A DNA stretch of 63,712 nucleotides, the filler included. It is 10 parts of 10 records of this genome, joined end to end, with 100 filler letters (N's around TTAATTAATTAA, not from the genome) between each part and the next. Parts side by side here need not be neighbours in the genome. Positions count along the whole stretch, not along the records: positions 51,064 to 54,469 come from SRR20825010_4424; positions 54,570 to 59,744 come from SRR20825010_4435; positions 59,845 to 63,712 come from SRR20825010_4458; 7 more parts are not named here. The stretch is one strand, 5' to 3'. The translations under genes and the position numbers were made by a program. Within the stretch, counting starts at the first letter, position 1; every line of letters starts with the position of its first letter. This document shows positions 53,278 to 62,232 of the stretch, in pieces. The notes beneath the pieces are model-generated. The model saw only the letters and a list, made by a program, of their open reading frames with translations. It searched no databases and was not told where the DNA came from.

Positions 53278-53535
53278 ATGAAAGTTGAGCTGGTTACCAA
53301 CCTGAAACGCCAGGCCACAAAAATTCTTGCAGACTTACATACGTCCAAAGAACCAGTGCTGATTACCGAGCATGGGCAACCATCTGCTTATCTTGTAGAT
53401 GTTCAGGATTACGAATTCATGCAACATCGGCTTGACTTGCTTGAGGGCTTGTCGCGCGGCGAGCGCGCGGTACTTGAGGGCAGAACACTTGGCCACGCCG
53501 ACGCAAAAGAGAAAATGAGCAAGTGGCTGAAATAA
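53278..53535 (+). CDS. Phd/YefM family antitoxin
   Basis: LKRQATKIL, PVLITEHGQPSAYLV. Confidence 0.9.
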   Translation: MKVELVTNLKRQATKILADLHTSKEPVLITEHGQPSAYLVDVQDYEFMQHRLDLLEGLSRGERAVLEGRTLGHADAKEKMSKWLK

Positions 53536-53837
53536 TCTGGACTGAGCCAGCGCTTCAAGAACTGAATGACATCGCTGAATACATCGCCTTGGACAACTTG
53601 ATCGCAGCCCGCAAGCTGGTTGAACGAATTTTCAAAAGCGTTGAACGTTTACAGAATTTTCCGAAATCCGGGCGCATTCCGCCCGAACTACCGAGTTCTG
53701 TTTACCGGGAAATTATTGTTCCGCCGTGCCGAATTTTCTACCGTTTAGAAGAAAAGCGAGTGCTGATTCTTTTCGTATTGAGGCAAGAAAGACAACTACG
53801 GACTTACATGCTAACGGGCGGTGATTCACCGGATTAA
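53523..53837 (+). CDS. RelE/ParE family toxin
   Basis: IIWTEPALQEL..IAEYIALDN, FPKSGR.PPE, RIFYR; overlaps the antitoxin gene. Confidence 0.9.
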   Translation: MAEIIWTEPALQELNDIAEYIALDNLIAARKLVERIFKSVERLQNFPKSGRIPPELPSSVYREIIVPPCRIFYRLEEKRVLILFVLRQERQLRTYMLTGGDSPD

Positions 53838-53894
53838 GCGCCACTGTGCTGCAGAAACTTGTTACCCTTTAACATTCAAATGCAAGCGACCGCC

Positions 53895-54469
53895 ATGACC
53901 CGCATCCCCATTCCACGCTTTGATGACAACTATTCCGAAGAGGCCGCCAAGGCCCGCCGCGAATTTTTAACGCAGCAAACCGGTGCCAACCTGCAACACA
54001 CCGGCACCTATTCCCTGCCCCCCGAAAATTTGAAAAGCAACACCGAGAATTTTATCGGCGTGGTGCAAATGCCGGTGGGCGTGGCCGGGCCGGTGTTGAT
54101 CCACGGTGAGCACGCGCAAGGCTGGTTTTATGTTCCACTGGCCACAACCGAAGGCACACTGGTCGCGAGTTATAGCCGTGGCATGCGCATGGTCAGTGAA
54201 TCGGGTGGTGTGAAGGTCACCGTGACCGAGGAATTCATGCAGCGCGCCCCGCTGTTTGAATTCGAAGATGCCCGTGCCGCCAAACGGTTTTTAAACTGGC
54301 TTGATGAAAACCTGAACACCATCAAGACCGAGGCTGAAAAAACCACCGGCTTTGGCAAGCTTCAACACATTCAAACCTGGCAAGTTGCACGCATGGTGTA
54401 CACGCGTTTTAACTACACCACGGGCGATGCAGCCGGGCAGAACATGTGCGGCAAAGCCACCCATGCGGC
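53895..54469 (+). CDS. Class I-type HMG-CoA reductase (3' truncated)
   Basis: ENFIG, PVGVAGP, VPLATTEGTLVASYSRG, TTGDAAGQNM. Confidence 0.88.
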
Positions 54470-54570
54470 NNNNNNNNNNNNNNNNNNNNNNNNNNNNNNN
54501 NNNNNNNNNNNNNTTAATTAATTAANNNNNNNNNNNNNNNNNNNNNNNNNNNNNNNNNNNNNNNNNNNNC

Positions 54571-55233
54571 ATGCATCAGGGCAACCTGAAGGTCGCGGCT
54601 AATGGCGATATCGTCGCCTATGACTTTGGCATCATGGGCCATATCGACGAATACACCCGTCGGGTCTACGCCGAGATTCTGTTTGGTTTTATCCAGCGGG
54701 ACTACAAACGCGTGGCAGAGGTACATTTCGAGGCCGGGTATGTCCCTGCGGATCGCGATGTCGATGAATTTGCCCGCGCCTTGCGCGCTGTGGGAGAGCC
54801 GATCTTTGGGATGGATGCCACGCGGATTTCGATGGGCAAACTGCTGGCCTATTTGTTCGAAGTGACCGAACGCTTTGGCATGGAGACGCGGACCGAATTG
54901 ATTTTGCTGCAACGCACCATGGTAGTGGTCGAGGGGGTAGCACGTTCACTGGACCCACGCATGAACATCTGGAAAGTCGCGCATCCCGTGGTCGAAGCCT
55001 ACATCAAGGAATCGATTGGCCCAAAGGCGGTCGCGCAAGACCTGTGGAAAACGGCTGTGGTGATGGCGCGGTTTGGTCCCAGATTGCCAAAACTCGTCGA
55101 GGCGGCACTGATCCGGCAATCCCGACCGGAAACAGCAGAATCTCCAAGTCCGTGGCCCGCCCGCATAGCGTGGATCGCGCTGGGAAGCTGTCTGGGTGCC
55201 GTAGTAATGCTGTTGGTGTTGATGGCTGGTTGA
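54571..55233 (+). CDS. ubiB: Ubiquinone biosynthesis kinase UbiB (5' truncated)
   Basis: MHQGN, YDFGIMG, LLQRTMVVVEGVARSLDP, C-terminal TM. Confidence 0.92.
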   Translation: MHQGNLKVAANGDIVAYDFGIMGHIDEYTRRVYAEILFGFIQRDYKRVAEVHFEAGYVPADRDVDEFARALRAVGEPIFGMDATRISMGKLLAYLFEVTERFGMETRTELILLQRTMVVVEGVARSLDPRMNIWKVAHPVVEAYIKESIGPKAVAQDLWKTAVVMARFGPRLPKLVEAALIRQSRPETAESPSPWPARIAWIALGSCLGAVVMLLVLMAG

Positions 55234-55273
55234 TCCTGAAGCATGCCAACCTGATCACGGTTTTGACCAAAGA

Positions 55274-55302
55274 AAAACGGCGGCTCAATGAGCCGCCGTT
55301 TT
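55274..55302. terminator. Bidirectional terminator
   Basis: AAAACGGCGGCTCA-a-TGAGCCGCCGTTTT between convergent genes. Confidence 0.85.
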
Positions 55303-55323
55303 CATGAATTCTTGGACCGAATA

Positions 55324-55509
55324 TCAGTCGGTGCCGCTGCCTGCTGCGATCGCGATGATCACAGCGATACCGCCGAGGACGGCAAGTGCGGTGAGTTCCG
55401 TATCTGCGGTCGACACGAACGGATCCTGAGTGTTTTCCTGAGCGGCCACCGGAGCGGCTGCTGCAGCTGCGATCGCTGCGGCGGCAGCAATGATCGAAAG
55501 CTTTTTCAT
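55324..55509 (-). CDS. Small exported/membrane protein (61 aa)
   Basis: GGAG RBS; Ala-rich signal peptide, short acidic linker, C-terminal TM. Confidence 0.75.
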   Translation of the reverse strand: MKKLSIIAAAAAIAAAAAAPVAAQENTQDPFVSTADTELTALAVLGGIAVIIAIAAGSGTD

Positions 55510-55927
55510 GTTGTTCTCCAAAACTGTGCAAGCTTGGACGCAGCGCGCCCGACAGCTCTGAACGTACACACAAACCGTTTCGCGTTCAAATGACAATTGC
55601 AGGCAAGCGACCAAATCCTTGCTGCACTTGCGTAAATGCGCGTCAAATCGGCAACAAACATGCCCGTTGCTGGTTTCCCTACGGTAATGTTCGGTTGATT
55701 TCTTGATTCAGAGTACAAGATAAGTATTTAGATTCAGAAAGATAGGAAAAGGCACACTGATTTTACAGTTTGCCCTTACCAACAACATCTGCCTCAGCAA
55801 TGATTCGCCAAAACACTGTGCGAATGTCTTTGAGGCCCGCTAGTATCGGGCTGCGCCTACGGTAATCGGGGGCAATTAAACAAACCTACCCCCTGTTCGA
55901 CGGCCTTGCCGGGCAACTGGATTCTCT

Positions 55928-56614
55928 TCAGACTTGCGGCGCACGCAGCCCTTCAATTTGCCCAGGTTCAAGTTCAGAGCCGTCCGACAGCCTCAATTGC
56001 AGCAGGTCGCCATCCTTTCGCACTTCTTGGATTTGGCTGTAAACTTGGGCAACTTTGGTGTCGATCAACGTCTCATCCTGATAGCTCTCGACTTCGAAAC
56101 GGTAGATGCCAATCGGAAGCGTGGCTCCCGTTTCATCCGTGCCGGCCCAGTATACCTCTTCCTGACCTGGCTCCAGGGAGAACCGTTGAACAACGGTCCC
56201 GCTCGCATCCCGCACGACCAAGGCCGCGTCGTCGGCCTCTTGTGCATAATCAGGCCGGACGGCAACCGGAGTGCCGTTGAACAACGTCGGTGCGCGCACC
56301 AGCGCCTCCATCCCGATCCATCCGCTCAATTCTTGCAGTGCATTGCCGCTCAGGGTGGCGCTGACTTCGCGCAGCAGGTCGTTAGTGAGAACTTGCTGTT
56401 CCACCGACGAAAAGGTCGCCAGTTGCGTTGCATAGTCAGTGGAATCCACCGGGTTGAGCGGGTCCTGATTCTGAAGTTGCACGGTCAGCATTTTGAGAAA
56501 CGTGTCGAAGTCCGAACTCACAGCCTGCTTGGTTTCCGTAACGACGCCCGTATCGCCGGAGACTGTAGTCGAATTGCTACTGTAAAGCGGCGGTGTTGAG
56601 GTGATTTCGGTCAT
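55928..56614 (-). CDS. flgD: Flagellar hook capping protein
   Basis: FLKMLTVQLQNQDPLNP..QLATFSSVEQ; C-terminal Ig-like domain. Confidence 0.95.
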   Translation of the reverse strand: MTEITSTPPLYSSNSTTVSGDTGVVTETKQAVSSDFDTFLKMLTVQLQNQDPLNPVDSTDYATQLATFSSVEQQVLTNDLLREVSATLSGNALQELSGWIGMEALVRAPTLFNGTPVAVRPDYAQEADDAALVVRDASGTVVQRFSLEPGQEEVYWAGTDETGATLPIGIYRFEVESYQDETLIDTKVAQVYSQIQEVRKDGDLLQLRLSDGSELEPGQIEGLRAPQV

Positions 56615-56622
56615 GTTGTCTC

Positions 56623-58794
56623 CTAGAATCTAAGGTCCAGCCCATCGGGTGCGGCTGGCGCCACCGAGGTCCGCGTTGCGCGTTGATCTTCTTGGCCCAC
56701 AAGAGCGTCGTCGCCATCCGGCGTCGGCTGCCCGTCACGTCTTCCTTCGCCTCCATCGGAAAAGGTAAAAGACGCCCCATCGTACCCGGCATCTGCAAGA
56801 TCACGCGCGAGTTGGTCGATATGGCGTCGCAACAGGTCCAGAGTCTCCGGCCGGTCTGCCGAAACATGTACAGTCATGCCCGACTCGGAGGGCACCAGTT
56901 GCATACGCACTTGCCCCAGCTCTTCGGGTGATAGCCGTATTTCGACGCTGCCCTCTGAAAGCCGTGCCATGCCTTCTGCCACCTGTCGCACTGTCGCCAT
57001 TGCATCAGCGCGATATGAAATAGATGTCGTCGGTGGCAGCTGTACGCTTGGGGTTCGCAGGTCCGCTGCGGCCCCGGTCCCCCGCAACTCGGCCGACAAC
57101 GACTCATCCAGAAAGTCAGCCAACATCGGGGATGTCACGCGGGCATCACCCAGACCGGGTTTGCCAAGGGCTGGTAAGCCAACCGGGCCAGCGTGGAAAT
57201 CTTTCCGATCAGTCGACGGCGTCTGATGCGCTCGGTCGATGGCGATCCCGTCCTCACCTGCTGATTTGGCGAAACGGAAATGGCGGTCATCAATTCGCGT
57301 TTTCGCGGATTGATGGTCTGCAATCGAAACGCTCACCTTTTCGTTTATGTCCGAACTGATCATCGCCCCAGGTTTCGACAGTGACCCGGAAACGAAGTTT
57401 TCGGCAGCAGCTTGGGGGATCTTGACCGCAGCGACCACTGATTTTTCAACTACCTCGAGCGAATCTACACCCTCACTTGTGGGTTGGATGAACTCTGGCG
57501 CAATCAGCACGCCCAAGTCTGACGGCGGCGCTACCTTTATCGCAGGTGCCGGTGCAACCGTTGTCGGCACGACGATAGTTCCTGCACGCGCCCGCCGCGT
57601 TTCGATTGCGTCACGAGGGAATGCGGATTGTGGATCTTTCACGGTGGTCGTCACTGGGACAGTGCGGCCGCGGTCCGGAGACAATTGAAACGATCCGGCC
57701 TGCCGCTCAAAAATCGGACCCGGTCCCGCCTTCGCGACCCGTGGTGTTGTGTCTGCAGGTGGGTTTGGTGCCGTTTCATCAGGAGTTTCGCCTTGTGAAA
57801 TCGGCGCGTCCAAGTCGATGAGACCATCCGTCGACGCTGGCGAACCAGACGCAACGCTCTCCATAGCGCGCTGTCCAACAAGACCGTCGATTGGGGGTGC
57901 AGTACTCCTCTGCGGAGCGGTCAGCGGCGCGTCGGTGCAGGAAAACTGTTGCGGAAATCGGTCGGCGGCAGACATATCAAGCCGAAAGACCGGCAACTCT
58001 CGCTGTACCGGCGCCCCGCGCGGAACCCGTGTGACTTTCCTTACATCTTCGCCGATATCCAACGGCGCCCTTGAATTCAAAGCTGGGTCAGTCGGATTCG
58101 GCTGGTTGGAGAGGTCGGCGGTCTGTCTTGCGTAAAACGCTGGATCTGTTGTCAGTCCGCGCGGCAAACCAATTGATGGGTCAACGGGAAGAGCGGTTGC
58201 GGTCGCTGCCGGGACAAAACCGCTGTCTTTCCGACGCGCCGCAGTCATGTCGTCCGATTCTGAAATGACCCGCGGAGCGTCCTCTTTCACGTCCACCGAT
58301 TCTTTCAGGCGCACGGTCGCGAACGCACCACCATCAACCGAAACCCGGGACGAAGTAGTGCGAGTCAGTACAGGATTGTCCGGCGGGACCGTTGCATAAA
58401 GTATTGCAACAGGGGCGTCGTGACCGCGCATTTCAAGTCGCGGATCGAGTTTGTTCTGAAATCTAACGCCCTCATCAAACCAGTCCGAATCTTCGGTCCG
58501 ATCCAACCCGGACGTCAATGGCACATCACCTTCATCCGCCTCCGCGCTCTGGGGTCCTAGGTGGTCTACGTCCACCGCGTCGTCGGATTCGGCACCTGAC
58601 AACAGGACCTCCTCCGCCTCTTCGCCCTCTTCTGTCTCGGCGATTGGACCCGAATCGAGGTGCCAAGACGGCTGCTCATCCTCAGCGCGGGCAAAAACGC
58701 TCGCAAAATCGATTGTCGGTTCTTCGCCTGTCTGGGTGTTCGGGCCCCGTGACGCGGGGGTCAGGCCCAACAGGCTGGTCAATTGGCTCAGCAT
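56623..58794 (-). CDS. fliK: Flagellar hook-length control protein
   Basis: Low-complexity N-terminal region; C-terminal EIRLSPEELGQV...ADRPETLDLLRRH...GLDLRF; upstream of flgD. Confidence 0.85.
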   Translation of the reverse strand: MLSQLTSLLGLTPASRGPNTQTGEEPTIDFASVFARAEDEQPSWHLDSGPIAETEEGEEAEEVLLSGAESDDAVDVDHLGPQSAEADEGDVPLTSGLDRTEDSDWFDEGVRFQNKLDPRLEMRGHDAPVAILYATVPPDNPVLTRTTSSRVSVDGGAFATVRLKESVDVKEDAPRVISESDDMTAARRKDSGFVPAATATALPVDPSIGLPRGLTTDPAFYARQTADLSNQPNPTDPALNSRAPLDIGEDVRKVTRVPRGAPVQRELPVFRLDMSAADRFPQQFSCTDAPLTAPQRSTAPPIDGLVGQRAMESVASGSPASTDGLIDLDAPISQGETPDETAPNPPADTTPRVAKAGPGPIFERQAGSFQLSPDRGRTVPVTTTVKDPQSAFPRDAIETRRARAGTIVVPTTVAPAPAIKVAPPSDLGVLIAPEFIQPTSEGVDSLEVVEKSVVAAVKIPQAAAENFVSGSLSKPGAMISSDINEKVSVSIADHQSAKTRIDDRHFRFAKSAGEDGIAIDRAHQTPSTDRKDFHAGPVGLPALGKPGLGDARVTSPMLADFLDESLSAELRGTGAAADLRTPSVQLPPTTSISYRADAMATVRQVAEGMARLSEGSVEIRLSPEELGQVRMQLVPSESGMTVHVSADRPETLDLLRRHIDQLARDLADAGYDGASFTFSDGGEGRRDGQPTPDGDDALVGQEDQRATRTSVAPAAPDGLDLRF

Positions 58795-58841
58795 GCATGC
58801 TCCGGGAATTCTTCCACGTCGCCACCCTAGGGCGATCCTCC

Positions 58842-58856
58842 TTACCACTTCTTTAC
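58842..58856. promoter_or_regulatory. Degenerate CtrA-type box between divergent fliK and flgJ
   Basis: TTAC-N7-TTAC(C) versus the TTAA-N7-TTAA(C) consensus. Confidence 0.45.
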
Positions 58857-58905
58857 CGCGATCAGGCCTAATCGAGCGGAGCGAGTCGAATTGGAGACAA
58901 AGAAG

Positions 58906-59175
58906 ATGGAAATTTCACTGACGCAGTCGGGCCCGTTACCGCCACAGGATCGTGCCTTGCGCGATGCCGCCCGCGAACTAGAGGCAAACTTTCTGGCCGA
59001 AATGTTGAAGGCTGCCAAAGTGGGCGAAACGCCAGAGGGATTCGGAGGGGGCGAAGGCGAAAACCAGTTCGCCTCCTTCATGCGGTTGGAACAGGCCCGG
59101 CAAATGACTGAAGGCGGTGGAATCGGCCTTGCAGAGTCACTGTTTCACGCCCTCAAGGAGAGAGCCAATGACTGA
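58906..59175 (+). CDS. flgJ: Rod-binding protein (single-domain FlgJ-like)
   Basis: AARELEANFLAEMLK, FGGGEGENQF, GGIGLAE. Confidence 0.85.
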   Translation: MEISLTQSGPLPPQDRALRDAARELEANFLAEMLKAAKVGETPEGFGGGEGENQFASFMRLEQARQMTEGGGIGLAESLFHALKERAND

Positions 59176-59515
59176 TCAAAACGTCGCCGAACGCCTAAAA
59201 GCACTACTCGAGGCAGAGCGCACCGCGCTGTTGGAAGGCGATTTTGACCGGCTTTCCACGCTGATGGAAGAAAAGCAGGCCTTGGCAGAAGCCTTGGCAC
59301 ATCGTCCGCTGTCCGTGAGCGAAGTGACCCCTCTCCGAGACGGATTGCGCCGAAATCAGGAACTATTCGACCAGGCAATGGCTGGAATCCGCAATGTTGC
59401 CACCCGCATTGGCGATCTAAACCGGGCGCGACGCGCAACCGACACTTACGACGCGCATGGCAAACGCCAGACCATCGACGCACCAGCATCAAAGCGGCTC
59501 GAACGCAGAGCCTGA
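59168..59515 (+). CDS. flgN: FlgN-like flagellar chaperone
   Basis: LLEAERTALLEGD, RNQEL, TYDAHG; lies between flgJ and flagellin. Confidence 0.75.
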   Translation: MTDQNVAERLKALLEAERTALLEGDFDRLSTLMEEKQALAEALAHRPLSVSEVTPLRDGLRRNQELFDQAMAGIRNVATRIGDLNRARRATDTYDAHGKRQTIDAPASKRLERRA

Positions 59516-59553
59516 GAATTTGTGAAAAATCCGCAGGATAGAGAAGAAGGGGA

Positions 59554-59568
59554 TTAGGGCTCCGTTAG
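59554..59568 (+). promoter_or_regulatory. Degenerate CtrA-type box upstream of flagellin
   Basis: TTAG-N7-TTAG about 150 bp upstream of the ATG. Confidence 0.4.
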
Positions 59569-59715
59569 GATTGAAAGGCCAAGTTGGCGACGCACCACAG
59601 CAGGTGGCGCAGACCAGCAAAGAGCTCGGGCTGCATTCGTCAGAAAGACGTCAGAGATGCCGTACGCGGCAAATGCAACCGGCGCAAAAGCGCCTTTTGA
59701 AAGCAAGGACACTCT

Positions 59716-59744
59716 ATGTCTAGCATCCTGACGAACAACGGCGC
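59716..59744 (+). CDS. fliC: Flagellin N-terminus (truncated; not in the ORF track)
   Basis: AAGGA RBS, then MSSILTNNG(A), the typical rhodobacteral flagellin start; position in the fla cluster. Confidence 0.8.
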
Positions 59745-59844
59745 NNNNNNNNNNNNNNNNNNNNNNNNNNNNNNNNNNNNNNNNNNNNTTAATTAATTAA
59801 NNNNNNNNNNNNNNNNNNNNNNNNNNNNNNNNNNNNNNNNNNNN

Positions 59845-60332
59845 TCGAAGACCTGATCATCCCTGCAAGGATCATGGTCACCGACTACTACGGGCATTGC
59901 GAAGTGGTGTGCACCAAGGGCGAACTGCGCCCGGCGATTGCTGCGTCCGCCGCCATCCCGGCCGTTTTCCGGCCGGTGCTGCTTGACGGGACAATCATGA
60001 TCGATGGCGGCATTTTCAATCCGGTGCCGTTCGATCAGCTGGCCGGGCTAGCCGACATCGTCATCGGCGTGGATGTGGTAGGCCTGCCCTCCGGAGTTCC
60101 CGGGCAGGCCCCGGCAACCATCGACATGATGTTCGGCGCAAGCCAGCTGATGATGCAGTCGATAATCGAAATGAAGCGCCGGGCGCACCCGCCGCAGATT
60201 CTGCTCAGGCCGGAAGTCCACCAGTTCCGCGTGCTCGATTTCCTCAAGGCGAGGGAAATCCTGGCCGAATCGCAAGGCGTCGCCGAGCAGCTCAAGCGCG
60301 ATCTCGACGCCGCGTTTGCATTCTTCAATTAG
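59845..60332 (+). CDS. Patatin-like phospholipase (5' truncated)
   Basis: AIAASAAIP, IDGGIFNPVP, VIGVDV. Confidence 0.88.
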
Positions 60333-60334
60333 TT

Positions 60335-61792
60335 CTACAGCGTCGACGCCTTGCCGCTGGTAAATGCCGACTGCCCCGCCGGCGGCGCCTGAACCGCCGG
60401 TGCGTCGGGGCCGCCTCCGTCCCGGTCCTCGATTTTCGCGATCACCCGGAAGCAGACGATGATCGAGGCGAGGCCGAACACCACCGCGCCGAGCCCGTAT
60501 CCGGCCAACGCGCCTTGCGCGCCGTACCAGTGGGATCCGAGCCAGACGAAGGGGATGACCCCGAGGGTGGAGCGGCTCCAGTTGAACACTGTCGAGTAAA
60601 GCGCATAGCCCAGATTGTTGAACGCGGCGTTGGCCACGAACAGCATGCCGTTGAACACGAAGCTGCCCGCCACGAACAGGCAGAAAAACACGATCACGTC
60701 CCGGGCTTCGCCGGTCGTGCCGAAGACATCGGCGATATGGTTTCGAAACAGCGCCAGAACCGCCCAGGTGACAAGCGTGTAGATGGTGATGAACAGCAGG
60801 CTGTCGCGCATCGTCGAGATCAGGCGGTCATAGCGCTTGGCGCCATAGTTCTGGCCGAGGATCGGTCCCACGGCGCCGGAGAGCGCGAACAGCGCACCGA
60901 AGGCCACGGGGATCAGGCGTCCGACCACGGCCCAGCCGGCGACGGCGGCATCGCCGTGCTCTGCCATGGTGGTCGTCACGAAGGTATTGCCCACCGGGGT
61001 GGCGATCTGGGTCATCAGCGCCGGCAACCCGATCGCCAGGAACGGCCGGATCTCTCGCCGCATGATCGATGCCGATGGCATGGCGACAAGATTGTGGATC
61101 CTGAGCAGCGAATAGAGGCCGATGCCGACCAGGGCAAAGCGCGAGATCACGGTGGCGATGGCAGCACCATGGATGCCGAGGTCGAAACCGAAGATGAACA
61201 CCGGATCGAGCACGGCGGTCAGCGCGCCTGCGCCCAGCGTCACGTACATCGCCCGCTTGGCGTCGCCGACGGCGCGCAGCAGGGCCGACAGGCACATCCC
61301 GATCCCCAGAACCGGCAACGAGGGCAGCACGATCTGCATGAATTCCGTTGCCAGCTGCGCGGTCTCGCCCTTCGCCCCCATCATCAAGACCAGCTCAGCC
61401 AGAAACGGATAGGCAAGCGCCACGGTGCTGGTCATCAGGATGATCATGTAGGCGATCGAGGCGCCGGCGATCTCGCGCGCCTCGGCCCGGTTTCCGCGTC
61501 CCAGCGCGCGCGCCGTAAGCGCCGTGGCGGCAATCGACAGGCCGATGGCAATGGAGGTGCTGAAGAACAGCAGGGTTCCCGCATAGCCGATCGCTGCCGC
61601 CAGCTCCTGCTGACCCAGCAGCGAGATGTAGAACAGGTTGAGCGCGTCGACTATGAACACCGCCACGAGCCCGATCGAGCCGGTGGCCGTCATCACCACG
61701 ACATGCCGCATGGTCGAACCGGTGACGAACTTCGCCGGCTCGCCGCGCGGGGCGGCCTGGGCCCGGGCTGGAGCCGGCTTTCCGGTCGTCAC
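60335..61792 (-). CDS. MATE family efflux transporter
   Basis: About 12 TM; LRAVGDAK, LDPVFIFGFDLGIHGAAIAT, GQNYGA. Confidence 0.92.
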   Translation of the reverse strand: MTTGKPAPARAQAAPRGEPAKFVTGSTMRHVVVMTATGSIGLVAVFIVDALNLFYISLLGQQELAAAIGYAGTLLFFSTSIAIGLSIAATALTARALGRGNRAEAREIAGASIAYMIILMTSTVALAYPFLAELVLMMGAKGETAQLATEFMQIVLPSLPVLGIGMCLSALLRAVGDAKRAMYVTLGAGALTAVLDPVFIFGFDLGIHGAAIATVISRFALVGIGLYSLLRIHNLVAMPSASIMRREIRPFLAIGLPALMTQIATPVGNTFVTTTMAEHGDAAVAGWAVVGRLIPVAFGALFALSGAVGPILGQNYGAKRYDRLISTMRDSLLFITIYTLVTWAVLALFRNHIADVFGTTGEARDVIVFFCLFVAGSFVFNGMLFVANAAFNNLGYALYSTVFNWSRSTLGVIPFVWLGSHWYGAQGALAGYGLGAVVFGLASIIVCFRVIAKIEDRDGGGPDAPAVQAPPAGQSAFTSGKASTL

Positions 61793-62205
61793 GAGGCGAA
61801 CACCTGTCCCAGGTCGGCAAAGCCTTTGAATTCCAGCGCGTTGCCGGATGGGTCGCGCAGGAACAGTGTCGCCTGCTCTCCCGGCTGGCCCGCGAACCTT
61901 ATGGTTGGCTTCATGATCCAGTCGATGCCGTCCGCGGCCTCAAGCTTGGCTGCCAGGTCTTTCCAGTCCTTCATCTCGAGCACTGCGCCGAAATGCGGGA
62001 TGGGAACCGAGTGACCGTCAACCGTGCCCGATGCGGCGCCGGTGCCGGCATCCGCCCGGACATGGCCGGACATCTGATGCCCGAAAAGATCGAAATCGAT
62101 CCAGCTGTCGGTGAATCGCCCCATCGGGCAGCCGAGCACGTCGCCGTAAAAGCGGCGGGTCTCTTCGATATCTCTGATCGGGAAGGCGAGATGGAAGGGC
62201 GTCAT
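61789..62205 (-). CDS. VOC/glyoxalase family protein
   Basis: PFHLAFP, FYGDVLGC, PHFG, DPSGNALEFK. Confidence 0.9.
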   Translation of the reverse strand: MTPFHLAFPIRDIEETRRFYGDVLGCPMGRFTDSWIDFDLFGHQMSGHVRADAGTGAASGTVDGHSVPIPHFGAVLEMKDWKDLAAKLEAADGIDWIMKPTIRFAGQPGEQATLFLRDPSGNALEFKGFADLGQVFAS

Positions 62206-62232
62206 GTTGTCTCTTTCTTTTCAACCGGGTTT

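Noticed and set aside
41168-54469. Phage module as a prophage integrated between hemY and the RND genes
   Set aside because: Spacers lie on both sides and no att site or integrase is visible, so host and lifestyle are unknown.
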